Shown in pieces: positions 36,516 to 48,715 of a stretch of 64,000 bases of DNA. Positions within the stretch are counted from its first letter, which is position 1. Every line of letters begins with the position of its first letter. The stretch spans positions 248,530,886 to 248,594,885 of the forward strand of contig NC_052147.1 in assembly GCF_902713615.1 (NCBI RefSeq), in the 5' to 3' direction. A model generated the notes under the pieces. It ran no database searches and was not told the origin of the DNA. It was given only the letters and a program-made list of their open reading frames with translations. The stretch comes from Scyliorhinus canicula. Its lineage: Eukaryota. Both the position numbers and the translations under genes were made by a program.

Positions 36516-37352
36516 CTATTAGTTAAGTAGACAGAGTGAATTATGATGCATGGAGTAAAAATGCCAAAAGTTATAATAGACACACACACTAAAGGTCATT
36601 CAGAGAAGCTGGCATTGTATAGTTCACAGTAGCTAATTGTAAAATATCCATTCGTAACCAAAACTTGTGATAATGATCACAGTGGAATTTGTGACCTATA
36701 AATTAGCATGCAGATGTTTATGATGCTGCAGAGCAGATATCTGAAAAGAAAATTGTAGATAAATGGAAATTGATACTCCGTGCTTATCTGGATAACTGGC
36801 GTACCGGCTGAGGTTCTTCATGAAGCCCCGCCTTCTCAACTTTGCCCCTCACCTGAGGTGTGGTGATCCTCAGGTGAAATCACCACCAGTCAGCTCTCCC
36901 CATCAAAGGGGAAAGCAGCCTATGGTCATCTGGGATAATTGGGAGGAGGTGCCGCTGGTTATTTGCAACTCATCAAGCAGTTTTTGCTGGTGGCAGACAT
37001 TAATTTAAGCCCCCTATCTCACCAGCAGCAACTTTCAGCCAGTCACAGCGAAAGGGGCTTGTAGCAGGCTATGTTGAGAGGGTTGGGTGGGGGGGGGGAG
37101 GGGGGGGGGGGGGGGGGGGGGGGGGTGCAAGAGAAGAGGATCACATCCACAAAAAAGGTGGTTCGCGGGATCACTCCTGCTTGCTCGAGAGGCATGTGTT
37201 TCTTAAAAATGAAAAATAAACAATACTTTTTTTATTCATGGGATGTGGGTGCCGTTAGCAAAGCCAGCATTTATTGCTCATCCCTTATTGGCCTTGAACT
37301 GAGTGGCTTGCCCAGCCATTTCAGGGGCGATTTTAGAGTCAACCAAATTACT

Positions 37353-39882
37353 AGGGGCTGGTTTAGCTCATAGAACATAGAACATAGAACATAGAACGAT
37401 ACAGCGCAGTACAGGCCCTTCGGCCCTCAATGTTGCACCGACATGGAAAAAAAAAACTAAAGGCCATCTAACCTACACTATGCCCTTATCATCCATATGC
37501 TTATCCAATAAACTTTTAAATGCCCTCAATGTTGGCGAGTTCACGACTGTTGCAGGTAGTGCATTCCACGGCCTCACCACTCTTTGCGTAAAAAACCCAC
37601 CTCTGACCTCTGTCCTATATCTATTGCCCCTCAATTTAAGGCTATGTCCCCTCGTGATAGCCAACTCCATCCGCGGGAGAAGGCTCTCGCTGTCCACCCT
37701 ATCTAACCCTCTGATCATTTTGTATGTCTCTATTAGGTCACCTCTTAACCTTCTTCTCTCTAACGAAAACAACCTCAAGTCCATCAGCCTTTCCTCATAC
37801 GATTTTCCCTCCATACCAGGCAACATCCTGGTAAATCTCCTCTGCACCCGTTCCAAAGCTTCCACGTCCTTCCTATAATGAGGCGACCAGAACTGTACAC
37901 AATACTCCAAATGTGGCCGTACTAGAGTTTTGTACAACTGCAACATGACCTCATGGCTCCGGAACTCAATCCCTCTACCAATAAAGGCCAGCACACCATA
38001 GGCCTTCTTCACAACCCTATCAACCTGGGAGGCAACTTTCAGGGATCTATGTACCTGGACACCGAGATCCCTCTGCTCATCCACACTACCAAGAATTTTA
38101 CCATTAGCCAAATATTCCGCATTCCTGTTATTCTTTCCAAAGTGAATCACCTCACACTTCTCCACATTAAACTCCATTTGCCACCTCTCAGCCCAGCTCT
38201 GCAGCTTATCTATGTCCCTCTGTAACCTGCAACATCCTTCCGCACTGTCTACAACTCCACCGACTTTAGTGTCGTCTGCAAATTTACTTACCCATCCTTC
38301 TGCTCCCTCCTCTAGGTCATTTATAAAAATGACAAACAGCAACGGCCCCAGAACAGATCCTTGTGGTACGCCACTCGTAACTGAACTCCATTCTGAACAT
38401 TTCCCATCAACCACCACTCTCTGTCTTCTTTCAACTAGCCAATTTCTGATCCACATCTCTAAATCACCCTCAATCCCCAGCCTCTGTATTTTCTGCAATA
38501 GCCGACCGTGGGGAACCTTATCAAGCGCTTTACTGAAATCCATATACACCACATCAACTGCTCTACCCTCATCCACCTGTTCCGTCACCTTCTCAAAGAA
38601 CTCGATAAGATTTGTGAGGCATGACCTACCCTTCACAAAACCATGCTGACTATCCCTAATCATATTATTCCTATCTAGATGATTATAAATCGTATCTTTT
38701 ATAATCCTCTCCAAGACTTTACCCACCACAGACGTGAGGCTCACTGGCCTATAGTTACCGGGGTTATCTCTACTCCCCTTCTTGAACAAAGGGACCACAT
38801 TTGCTATCCTCCAGTCCTCTGGCACTATTCCTGTAGCCAATGATGACCTAAAAATCAAAGCCAAAGGCTCAGCAATCTCTTCCCTGGCTTCCCAGAGAAT
38901 CCTAGGATAAATCCCATCAGGCCCCGGGGACTTATCTATTTTCACCTTGTCCAGAATTGCCAATACTTCTTCCCTACGCACCTCAATGCCATCTATTCTA
39001 ATAGCCTGGGTCTCAGCATTCTCCTCCACAATATTATCTTTTTCCTGAGTGAATACTGACAAAAAGTATTCATTTAGTATCTCGCTTATCTCCTCAGCCT
39101 CCACACACAACTTCCCACCACTGTCCTTGACTGGCCCTACTCTTACCCTAGTCATTCTTTTATTCCTGACATACCTATAGAAAGCTTTTGGGTTTTCCTT
39201 GATCCTACCTGCCAAAGGCTTCTCATGTCCCCTCCTTGCTCGTCTTAGCTCTCTCTTTAGATCCTTCCTCGCTTCCCTGTAACTATCAAGCGCCCCAACT
39301 GAAACTTCACGCCTCATCTTCACATAGGCCTCCTTTTTCCTCTTAACAAGAGATTCCACTTCTTTGGTAAACCATGGTTCCCTCGCTCTACCCTTTCCTC
39401 CCTGTCTGACTGGTACGTACTGATCAAGAACACGCAATAGCTTTTCCTTGAACAAGCTCCACATATCCAGTGTGCCCAACCCTTGCAGCCTACTTCTCCA
39501 ACTTATACATCCTAAGTCATGTCTAATGGCATCATAATTGCCCTTCCCCCAGCTATAACTCTTGCCCTGCGGGGTATACTTATCCCTTTCCATCACTAAT
39601 GTAAAGGTCACCGAATTGTGGTCACTGTCTCCAAAGTGTTCACCTACCTCCAGATCTAACACCTGGCCTGGTTCATTACCCAAAACCAAATCCGATTTAG
39701 CCCAGCTCACTGGGCTAAATCGCTGGATTTTAAAGCAGACCAAGCAGGCCAGCAGCACGGTTCGATTCCCGTACCAGCCTCCCCGGACAGGCGCCGGAAT
39801 GTGGCGACTAGGGGCTTTTTACAGTAACTTCATTGAAGCCCACTCGTGACAATAAGCGATTTTCATTTCATTTCATTTTTTC
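37353..39882 (+). mobile_element. ATTTC-tailed tRNA-derived SINE split by the CR1 (37353-37370 plus 39704-39882)
   Basis: The two halves reconstitute the 60613-60800 sequence; TSD ATTACT (37347-37352 / 39883-39888). Confidence 0.9.
37371..39693 (-). mobile_element. Young 5'-truncated CR1 LINE with uninterrupted ORF2 remnant (~740 codons, complete RT domain)
   Basis: Stop-free frame from DLVLGNEPGQV to the stop at 37473; QHGF, GVPQGSVLGP, KFADDTK motifs; (GTTCTAT)n tail; TSD AGCTCA (37365-37370 / 39704-39709). Confidence 0.96.
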
Positions 39883-40894
39883 ATTACTGTGGGTGTGGTG
39901 AAAAGAGAATGCTGTGGGTCTGGAGTCACAGGTAGACCCGATTTCCTCCCCTCAAGGACATAAGTGAACCAAATTGATTTTTTATCAACTTTTAATTCCA
40001 GATTTTTATTGAATTAATTCCATCTGCAGGGTGGTATTCAAACACAAGTCTCGAGAGCATTAGCCTGGGTCTCTGGATTACCAGTCCAGTGACGATACCA
40101 CTATGACACCACCTCCCTTATATAGCTCTGGGAGATGTTTGGCCCGTAATTTATAAGTCAAGAATCCAAATGTTTGGCCAGGACACCTAAATATCAGGCC
40201 CCATGAATTTGATAATTTGACCATCATCTGTACTGACTGGGCATAGTCCATCCTACTGCAAAACTACTAGACTTTGTGTCCATTTTACACCCATGAAATT
40301 GGCATACCAGCTTCTACCAGGTCTTCAAAATGGTCAGCCATATTTTACTGCTTATAATTTCTTACGAGCTTGAAAATATAGTAATACTAATATATTCCAA
40401 TTCCGCGAATATGAAATTAGATAGGGCACTAAGTCAACAGTACAACATTAATTTGTTTACACCAGGCTACCAGCAGATGTCACATGCTTCAGCTCACATA
40501 CCCTTTGCATATTTGTAACAATTGTATCAGCTGGCACTACACATGATCAGGAACTGCTGTCTAAATGATATAATTGTTAGTAGAAATGAATTTAGCACAG
40601 TTATAATCTCTAACTAGGGTGAATAAAGAATAATGGAACATACAGAATTTGGCATAGCAAATTCACACAAGCTGAATGCATTTGTTATAGGCAAGTCTCA
40701 TAAAGGTAATGTCAAGAAATCTGGTCCTGTGTTCAAAAAAGCTGCACTTTCACAATTGATTATATAGTTTAGCAACTATTCATCATCAGATTATTGAGGT
40801 ATTTTAAATGTGACTACGGACTTACTTATTTATAGTGACTGGATTCAATGGTTTTTGCATTTAACATTCTTTGGGAGATTTAGTATTGTTACAA

Positions 40895-41094
40895 CTGGAT
40901 AAAAGCAAATTACTGCGGACGCTGGAACCTGAAACCAAAAAGTAAATGCTGGAAAATCTCAGTAGGTCTGGCAGCATCTGTGGGGAGAGAAAAGAGCTTT
41001 GACAAAGGGTCACCTGGACTCGAAATGTTAGCTCTTTTCTCTCCCTACAGATGCTGCCAGACCTGCTGAGATTTTCCAGCATTTTCTTTTTGCT
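40895..41094. mobile_element. Penelope-like hairpin insertion with a degenerate hammerhead core in the loop
   Basis: ~54-bp inverted arms with 2 mismatches; TSD-like tttagtattgttac (40879-40892) / tttagtattattac (41095-41108). Confidence 0.75.
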
Positions 41095-41229
41095 TTTAGT
41101 ATTATTACTAGGTTTCTAAAGTAAACACATCCAAGTCATACACTGTCCTTTTAAACAGGAAAGGAGTATTTCAGCTATTGACTTAATAGTCAACTCAAGT
41201 CTTAATAGTTTATTGAAACTTCCAATAAT

Positions 41230-41900
41230 CCCTAGCCAAGCTGTACCAGTACAGCTACAACACTGGCATCTACCCGGCAATATGGAAAATTGCCCAGGTG
41301 TGTCCTGTACACAAGAAACAGGACAAATCCAACCCAGCTAATTATGGCCCTATCAGTCTACTCTCCGTCATCAGCCAAGTGATGGAAGGAGTAATTAACA
41401 GTGCTGTCAAGCGGAACTTATTCAGCAATATCCTGCTCACAGATGATCATTTGTTTAGGTTCAGCCAGTGTCACTCAGCTCCAGACCTAATTTCAGCCTT
41501 GGTTCAAACCCTCCACCACCGATGAACAGTGGCAGCCGTGTGTACCGTCTACCAGATGCACTGTAGTAACTCACCAAGGTTCCGTCGGGAGCATCTTTCT
41601 AACCCACAACCACTACCATCTGTAAGGACAAGAGTAGCAGACACATGGGAATCCCATCACCTGGAGGTTCCCCTCCAAGTCACTCACCACCCTGACTTGG
41701 AAATATATTGCTGTTCCTTCACCGTCGCTGGGCAAAATCCTGGAACACCCTCCCTAACAGCACAGTGAGTGTACCTACACATCAAGGACTGCAGTTTCAA
41801 GAAGGTAATCCACCACCACCTTCTGAAGGGCAACCAGAGATGGGCAATAATTGCTGGCCTCGCCACGACACCCACATCCCATAAATGAATTTTTAAAATT
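41230..41900 (+). mobile_element. Old CR1-group LINE fragment (second family), internally deleted
   Basis: CPVHKKQDKSNPANYGPISLLS peptide; 3' end shared with 23455-23716, 45890-46555 and 60840-62100. Confidence 0.75.
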
Positions 41901-42661
41901 GTAACATTTCTAATCAAAATGTTCAACATTTCAGAAGAATACATCTTGAAAATTTGCAGACAGTTGAAGAATTTTTTATGCCTGTTTCCATTATTTCACC
42001 CAATTCTGATTCTTAAATTAAAATTAAAACAGAAGAAGCAAGACTTTGTAAATAAGCTGTCTTTTAATTTTGCTGCAAATGTTGTTCTGCTAAATGTCAG
42101 CTTGGTTCAGTGCTGGTACTCATACCTCTAAATCTGAAAGGCATGGGATTGAGCCCTATGCCAGGGCTTCTGAAAATCTAACTCCTCCATGCAATACTGA
42201 GGGAATGCCACACTGTCAGAGGTGATGTTGGTTTTCATAGAAAATGCTAAGCTATGGCTCGGTCTGTCTGTTTAGGTGATTGTTAAAATAAGCACTGTGA
42301 GAATTCCGCTGCTGTTTGAATGATGGCCCAGCCACATTTATCTCTTGATCAATTTCAAAAGCAGCTGATCTTATTATCATTTGAAGCAACGGAGTTTGAA
42401 TAACCTGTCATGCTCGTCCACATAAAGAAAACCAATAAATAACTTTGGATGTGACCAACACGATATAAGTCCAAGTTCTTTCATTTTCCTTAATGTTGTT
42501 GCAGCCTTATGCCAAACTATAAATGTTTATTCACCCTTAGAGTTTAACTGATACATAATTCATTTTGCCTATTGAAAATATATGACCTGTTATCTTTGAA
42601 ACCTAACACATTCGTATTTAGGATATTAATAAATCTATCTAAATAAAATGGATGCACATAC

Positions 42662-42784
42662 CACAGTCCACTTCATCAGAGTTGTCACCACAGTTATTCA
42701 CTTTATCACAAACTCGCTCAGGCCGCAGGCACACTCTCCCATTTTTGCATCTGAATGATCGTGGGGGCGGACATTGAAATTTGA
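42662..42784 (-). CDS. LRP1B: LRP1/1B-family exon, LDLa repeat ([41 protein letters not shown])
   Basis: 123 nt, phase 1-1; acceptor ttttaaaaag|TCAAA, donor TGTG|gtatgt; translated by hand, not in the ORF track. Confidence 0.93.
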
Positions 42785-42877
42785 CTTTTTAAAACAAAAT
42801 AGGAAAAAAGAACTTAACAAACTTGCAATAGATCAATCTGTAATATATTGAGCGTCTTCCACATATAAATACTTTGG

Positions 42878-44440
42878 CCGCTATTTAACGGAATGAAACC
42901 AGAGTCCAGTATCGAGCATTTTTAGCGGGGTGTATTAAACGGGACTCTTCTTTTTTAGGGCATCAGCGACCAAGGCCCTACCGAAGCCACACATGCCTTA
43001 ATTTCCTGCACTGAGGAACAGTTCAGGACACGATTTTAAATGGCGCCCTGGTCTCTTGAACTCCCAACGCAACCCCCGCACCTCACCAACATCCCAACTT
43101 ACCAATTAGGGGATCCTCCACCCCCTCACCCTACCTCATAAGGGGGGGCACCCCCGGGCCCGATCTCTGGCATGGGCAAGATGCCACCCTAGCAGCTTGG
43201 CGGTGCCCTGTCAGCCTGGCAGTGCCACCTGGTCATCCTGGCTGTGCAAGGGTGGCACCTGGGTGGCACTGCCAGAGTGCCAGACCGGCCATACCAAGGT
43301 GCCCAGGTGACATCAGCAGTGCCAGGGTACCACCCACCCAGGGGCCTCCGATCACCTGGAAGACCTCCCCCCCCGCCCCCCAAATACCATTCTGCCTGGT
43401 CCACGTTGTGGGGACCAGTGCTAAACAGTGCCGGCTCGGGGTCTCAGAGGTGAAGGGATTCGATCCCGGACGCTGAGTATATCCAGCGTAGTCATATTCA
43501 AGTGAGGCTAACTCACTTGAATATGCAAATCTGGGTCCATTGAGGTAGATGATTTCCTTTATAACTTATCTCTGAAACTTTTCGGTGGCATCTCCAAGAA
43601 ACATTGGCAACATTTTTCAGGCCCTTTTGCTGGGGGCAGAGAAGACCTCAAACTGAGATCTTGCTGGCACAAATCCCAGGATGCACCTCTGGTGAGATGT
43701 AGTGGAAACCAGTCGTGATGACCAAGCTGGGATTGCAGAGGTGAGCATAGCCCCCGAGTTGTGAGGGACATGGAAGGGCATTGTTCTGGAAGTGCCAGGG
43801 TGTTGGGTAAAGTGCCAGGTTGGCATTGCCATGGGTAGACCATATGGGAGCTCCTTTGGGGTTTCTCCTTATGTGTGTGTGGAGGATCATTGTTGGCGGG
43901 GAGGGGTGGGTGAGTTGTTCATGCATTGGAGTCGGAGAGGTGGAGTCTGTGGAGCGGGGTGAGGGTTGGAGGGTTCTGCCAGTGAGGGAGGGGAGTGCCC
44001 TGATGCTGGCGGATGGGGGTAACTGGTTACTCCGATGCTAGTGTGGCACTGGGATGGGGAGGTTTCCTCGATCATTGCAAGGGTTGCCTTTATGAGTGTG
44101 GGGAATATTCCGCTTGTCCGCCAGGGAGTTCTGGTATCCGTCGGTGAGGGGGGAATCCTGATCTCCTTGACGGGGGATTGGGGTTGGAGGGGGTTAGTGG
44201 GGGGCAGGGGTGCACAGAATGCTGCTTAATCAGGCAAAGCTGGTGAGTTTCAGGCAGCTTTTCTCACTTGATCCAACACTATGCAATTTTGGGAAAACTC
44301 CCCCCCCCCCCCCCCCCCCCCCCCGTGCGGTGGAATTTTTCTGTTGCTCGCGCTGTCAGGATTAAATGCTGCTCCTGAAGTTAATGGACGTTCAACTGGC
44401 TCACCGAAAGTAAAAGGGGTTATTAGGAACTCCTCCCTCC
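42878..44440. mobile_element. GC-rich Harbinger-like non-autonomous element cluster
   Basis: GGCACTGCCA repeat clusters and subterminal motifs shared with the other GC-rich elements. Confidence 0.45.
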
Positions 44441-44795
44441 CAATTGGATGTCCGCAATGCTGCTATATCCCTATCTCCAATGTGTAACATGACACCAACC
44501 ATGCTTTCAGGTTACAATGGAGGAAATCTTTCAAGAAACTTCTGCTACACACCCACCTGGGACCAACGGCTGCAATAATAAATGCAGCAATAACTGGTCC
44601 ACACCTTCTCTAAACATTATAGCTTACCCAATTATCTCCTGCAGACACAGAAACAAGAAAAGCCCATTAGGTTTTCCCAATTTTCTTCGATCAATCCCAC
44701 TTACCAGACTACCCAATACATTGTTCTATTTTTCTATTTTGGTAAATGTACAAGACATAGCATTTACTGAATTTAAAAGAATGTGATTGATGTAC

Positions 44796-44918
44796 CACAT
44801 GTTTCTGGGTTTTCGTCTGAATTGTCTCCACAGTCATCCTCTCCATCACACAGCCATGATAGAAGTTTACAAAGTGTATTGTTGCATTGGAATTCATCTA
44901 TGTTACAGGTTGTTTTCA
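44796..44918 (-). CDS. LRP1B: LRP1/1B-family exon, LDLa repeat ([41 protein letters not shown])
   Basis: 123 nt, phase 1-1; acceptor tttgcag|TGAAA, donor TGTG|gtaca; DDCGDNSDE motif. Confidence 0.95.
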
Positions 44919-45495
44919 CTGCAAAGAAGAAGCATTGAACAATCTGATTTTCCAATTCATGTAACCAATATAGTAAATATAGGATCATCAATTTTAATAC
45001 AGACAAGTCAATTGAAGGATGAGTAATTCAATAGACTCATTCATTTATAGATCAATTTAAGTCTCTTCCAGTTTCATATTGTAATTTATTTGACGGCCAA
45101 AATGTTTGCTCTTAGTGGAGAGCTCCGAGCTATTTTTATAGCAACAAGAAACAAATATGCCATGTTCACTATATTTCTATAACCCTCTGTAATTTTGTTT
45201 GAGTGGGAATGAAAAATTAAACCTGGTGCCACATTCTCCTTTTTTAGCATTTACTTACTTGTATACACAGACCTGTTCAAACTTGGGTTGGGAGAGAGGT
45301 GAGGGCTGAAGTGGGTTCAATATCCCGTCTGATGGCTGGAATATGAAGCCCAGGTGATTTTGACTCCTGGGACACATTTGTATATACGCTATCACTCCTT
45401 CACTCATAACCGAATGGAAGCATAAGATGGCCGACAGATTGAACCATAACGTTGGAAGACTTGAGCGCATGCTTGCCAGCATCATTTTATAACTG

Positions 45496-45805
45496 GCAGG
45501 GTGGTTAGCACTGCTGCCTCACAACATAAGGGACCCGGGTTCAATTCTGGCCTTGTTGAATATGTGTGTGGAGTTTCTACCCTTGTCTGCGTGGGTTTCC
45601 TCCGGGGGCTCCAATTTCCTCCCACAGTCCATAGATAGGCAGGTTAGGTAGCCTGGCTAAATTGCCCCATTCGTGTCTATGGATGCACATGTTAGATGGG
45701 TTTAAGGGGATAGGGTGGGTAGTGGGCCTATGTAGGGTGCTCTTCAGAGGGTCGGTGTAGACTCGATGAGCCGAACGGCCTCCTACACTGTAGGACTTCT
45801 ATGGT
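45496..45805 (+). mobile_element. HE1-like SINE with CR1-type tail
   Basis: Head, core and tail ...GAGCCGAACGGCCTCCTACACTGTAGGACTTCTATG. Confidence 0.8.
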
Positions 45806-45889
45806 TATAGGGAAAACCACAATGCTCCCTGCTCATTGACTAAAATAGTGGTTGAACCCCCAATTACATTACTGGAGCCTTAGATTAAA

Positions 45890-46555
45890 GTGCAACGGTG
45901 GGGCACACCACACAAATGCCAGGCAATGACCTTCTCCAACAAGAGAGAACCTAAGCATCACAGTCAATGTTCAATCACATTCCCATTGCTGACGCACCCC
46001 CCCCCCCCCCCAACTATCAACATCCTTGGGGTTACCATTCACCAGAAACTGAACTGGACTAGTCATATAAATACCGTGGCTACAAGGGCAGGTCAGAAGG
46101 CTGGAAATTCCATGGCAAGTAACTTACCTCCTGACTCCCCACAGCCTGTCTGCCATCTACAAGGCACAATCAAGAATATGATGGAATACACTACACTTAC
46201 CTGAATAAATGCAGCTCTAACAACAAGCTCAAGAAGCTTTATACCATTCAGGATAAAGTTGCCTGCTTCCATCCAGCAGATTAATCATTCGCTCAGCCCA
46301 CCAACAGTACACCATGTCTGAAATATATACTATCGACAAGATGCACTGCAGCAGCTCACCAAGGGTCCTTTGACACAATCTTCCAAAACCACAACTTCTA
46401 TCACCCAGAAGAAGAAAGGCAGTAGATACATGGGAGTACCTGCAAGTATCCCTTCAAGTCATACTCAATCCTGGCTTGGAAATATATCGCCATTCCTTCA
46501 GTCACTGGGTCAAAAAACCTGGAACCCAATCACGAACAACATTGCAGGTCCACCT
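45890..46555 (+). mobile_element. Old CR1-group LINE 3' fragment
   Basis: TINILGVTIHQKLNWTSHINTVATRAGQ peptide, homologous to 61317-61550. Confidence 0.75.
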
Positions 46556-48585
46556 GCTGTGATGACCATGTGCTTTGGGAAAAGCATGTATTTTGTTTTG
46601 TGCAATGCTCCCTTTAAGACCAGGGTGAACTGGGGTGTATTCTGACGTCATTAGGTTCTTCAAAAATGGCCATTTGACCTGGGATTTCCCTAGAGATAAA
46701 CAGCTGAGAAGCAAATAGTAAATAGCAAGCTAACTGAAGTGGAGCTCATTCAGCCTGCATTTTTTATTTAGCAGTTCAGAAAACATAGACATTTGTGTCA
46801 AGACGAAACAAATGTTCTCTCCAAATGGAACAGTTTTATGTTTGGCATAAAACAAATCCTGTCTTTGAAGCAGGTCTCAGATAATAGAACAGAGACTGTT
46901 CTACTGTGTGTGTTACACAGCTGGCAAGAGTAGGAAACTGAAAACAGGCAGGACAAGAGATGGTGGATCAAAAAAGGTAAATTGTTGCTGTTTCAGGGTT
47001 GCCAGAGGCTATGAGATCATTGAAGGGGTTGGAGAAGGGAGTCTCTGATGATTCTATGCCACCGCGACTGTCATCACCAAGATCAAGTTGAAGGCAAGCT
47101 TTGACAGTAAAAGGAACATGTGGCAACTGGGGAACCCCACCCACACAGGCACCCGCTCCTTCAATCACCACCTGCTTCACCTGTGACAGAGATTGTAGGT
47201 CGCACATTGGATGCCTCCATCACCTGAGAACTTATTTTTAGTGTGGAAGCAAGTTACATTCGATCCCTAAGGACTGCTTAAGAAGAAGAACGTGGACTGC
47301 AGCAGATTAAGAAGGTATCTTTTCACCACATTCTCAAGGCCAAGGAGGGATGACCAACAAATATTGGCCTTGCCAGTGACTTTTGCATTTCAAGTCAAAC
47401 AGAAAAATGTAGGCCCACATTTTCTAGCTCCCTGCGATCGGTTTTGCCCCATTGGACACAGCTCACCATTGGCCCTTGTCGGGATCTTCCAGTCTGCCGC
47501 CACAGCATTTTGCATGGCTCACCTGTCCTGTCACCAGGGAACCTATGGCAGGCACATATTCACTGTGAAGGGCCAGAAAATGCCTCCCACCAATAACTGA
47601 AGACATATGAGAATAAAACTCCATGATTTCCCCATTAGTAGTATATTATACTGACGCATTACTGATTTGATTTCTGAAAACAAAGTGTGTAAACTGTTTA
47701 AAACGTATGAAATCAAATCCATTCTTTTCAACATTGTGAATAGTTCTGTTCTTCTTTCTCGCTTTTCTTTTACTTGCACTCTGTCATTGTTACTTGAATC
47801 TCCAGCCAGGATAATAAAGATTATGGAACTACAGACTCGTCTTCAATTTTCTCAGCGAGACAGAAGTGGGAATCTGTAAAATTGTTTGGTTAAGAAATAG
47901 CACCAACTAACCAGTCATTGTTAGCTAATTTTATGATTATATTTCATTGTTCACCCCAAATCAAATGTAACAAAATGCCTGCCAAAATTCCTCTGTGGAT
48001 TCTTTTCAGCACAATGGTTAACAGATGTGTATCAAATTCTTGTGCATACTATTCGACAAAGTCATTAATCCTCCACATCGTTACCTTGTTGACATTGATT
48101 TGTAATGGTAGCAATGCATGCATTAATGCATTTGTATGGAAAATTTCTGTCAGTCATTTTAACACTCATTTCAGGCTGTTCAAAGAGATGAGGTAATGCC
48201 TTCAGTAAAATAAAAGACAGAGGTTTTATGTTATATTTGTTTGTTTGCAACTCATGTAGCTGTTAACATATTCCCTTAAGATGTTCGCAATAAGTTAAAT
48301 ATGACCACTTTAAACAATGCTAAGCTCACTGAAGGATTTAAACTCCCTCATGTAGGTAGCAGACAATGAGAAACAGCTGGCATTGAAGGCATTCAAAGCT
48401 TTGACGTAAAGCCATCAACCAAGGGCCCAACCATATGGAAATAGAATTTACTGAACATATGTCAAAGTGCATTCATAAAATACAGGTAATAAACAAGTTT
48501 CACTAATGTGGAGGCATATCCCAACCCAATGCAACCTGAAAATTAAATGGATAGGAGTGAAACAATGTTAAGCTACTTTAGTTAC

Positions 48586-48715
48586 CTTGTTCACAGCTTT
48601 CTTCATCACTGCCATCGAGACAATCAGTCTCTCCATCGCAATGCCATCTGACAGGAATACAGTGGCCATGCTTACACTGGAACTGATCTTCTTTACATTT
48701 AATTACACAGTCTTT
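48586..48715 (-). CDS. LRP1B: LRP1/1B-family exon, LDLa repeat ([43 protein letters not shown])
   Basis: 130 nt; acceptor aacag|AAAGAC, donor CAAG|gtaac; six-Cys LDLa pattern with DCxDGSDE. Confidence 0.93.

Larger units (their letters stand above)
3471..48715 (-). other. LRP1B: Partial LRP1/LRP1B-family gene span (8 internal exons: 4 LDLa, 2 EGF, start of the YWTD propeller); continues beyond the window on both sides
   Basis: Eight exons with AG/GT boundaries and compatible phases (0-1-1-1-1-1-1-0-2) join into an uninterrupted 1190-nt frame. Domain order LDLa x4, EGF, Ca-EGF, YWTD with a basic cleavage site matches the LRP1/LRP1B C-terminal ectodomain. The symbol is tentative: the LDLa/EGF part resembles LRP1B and the propeller resembles LRP1. 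Confidence 0.85.

Noticed and set aside
37473-39758. 761-aa ORF as a host or domesticated gene
   Set aside because: It is CR1 ORF2 with a 3' tail and TSD. It lacks most of the endonuclease, and the called start is a GTG in antisense SINE sequence.
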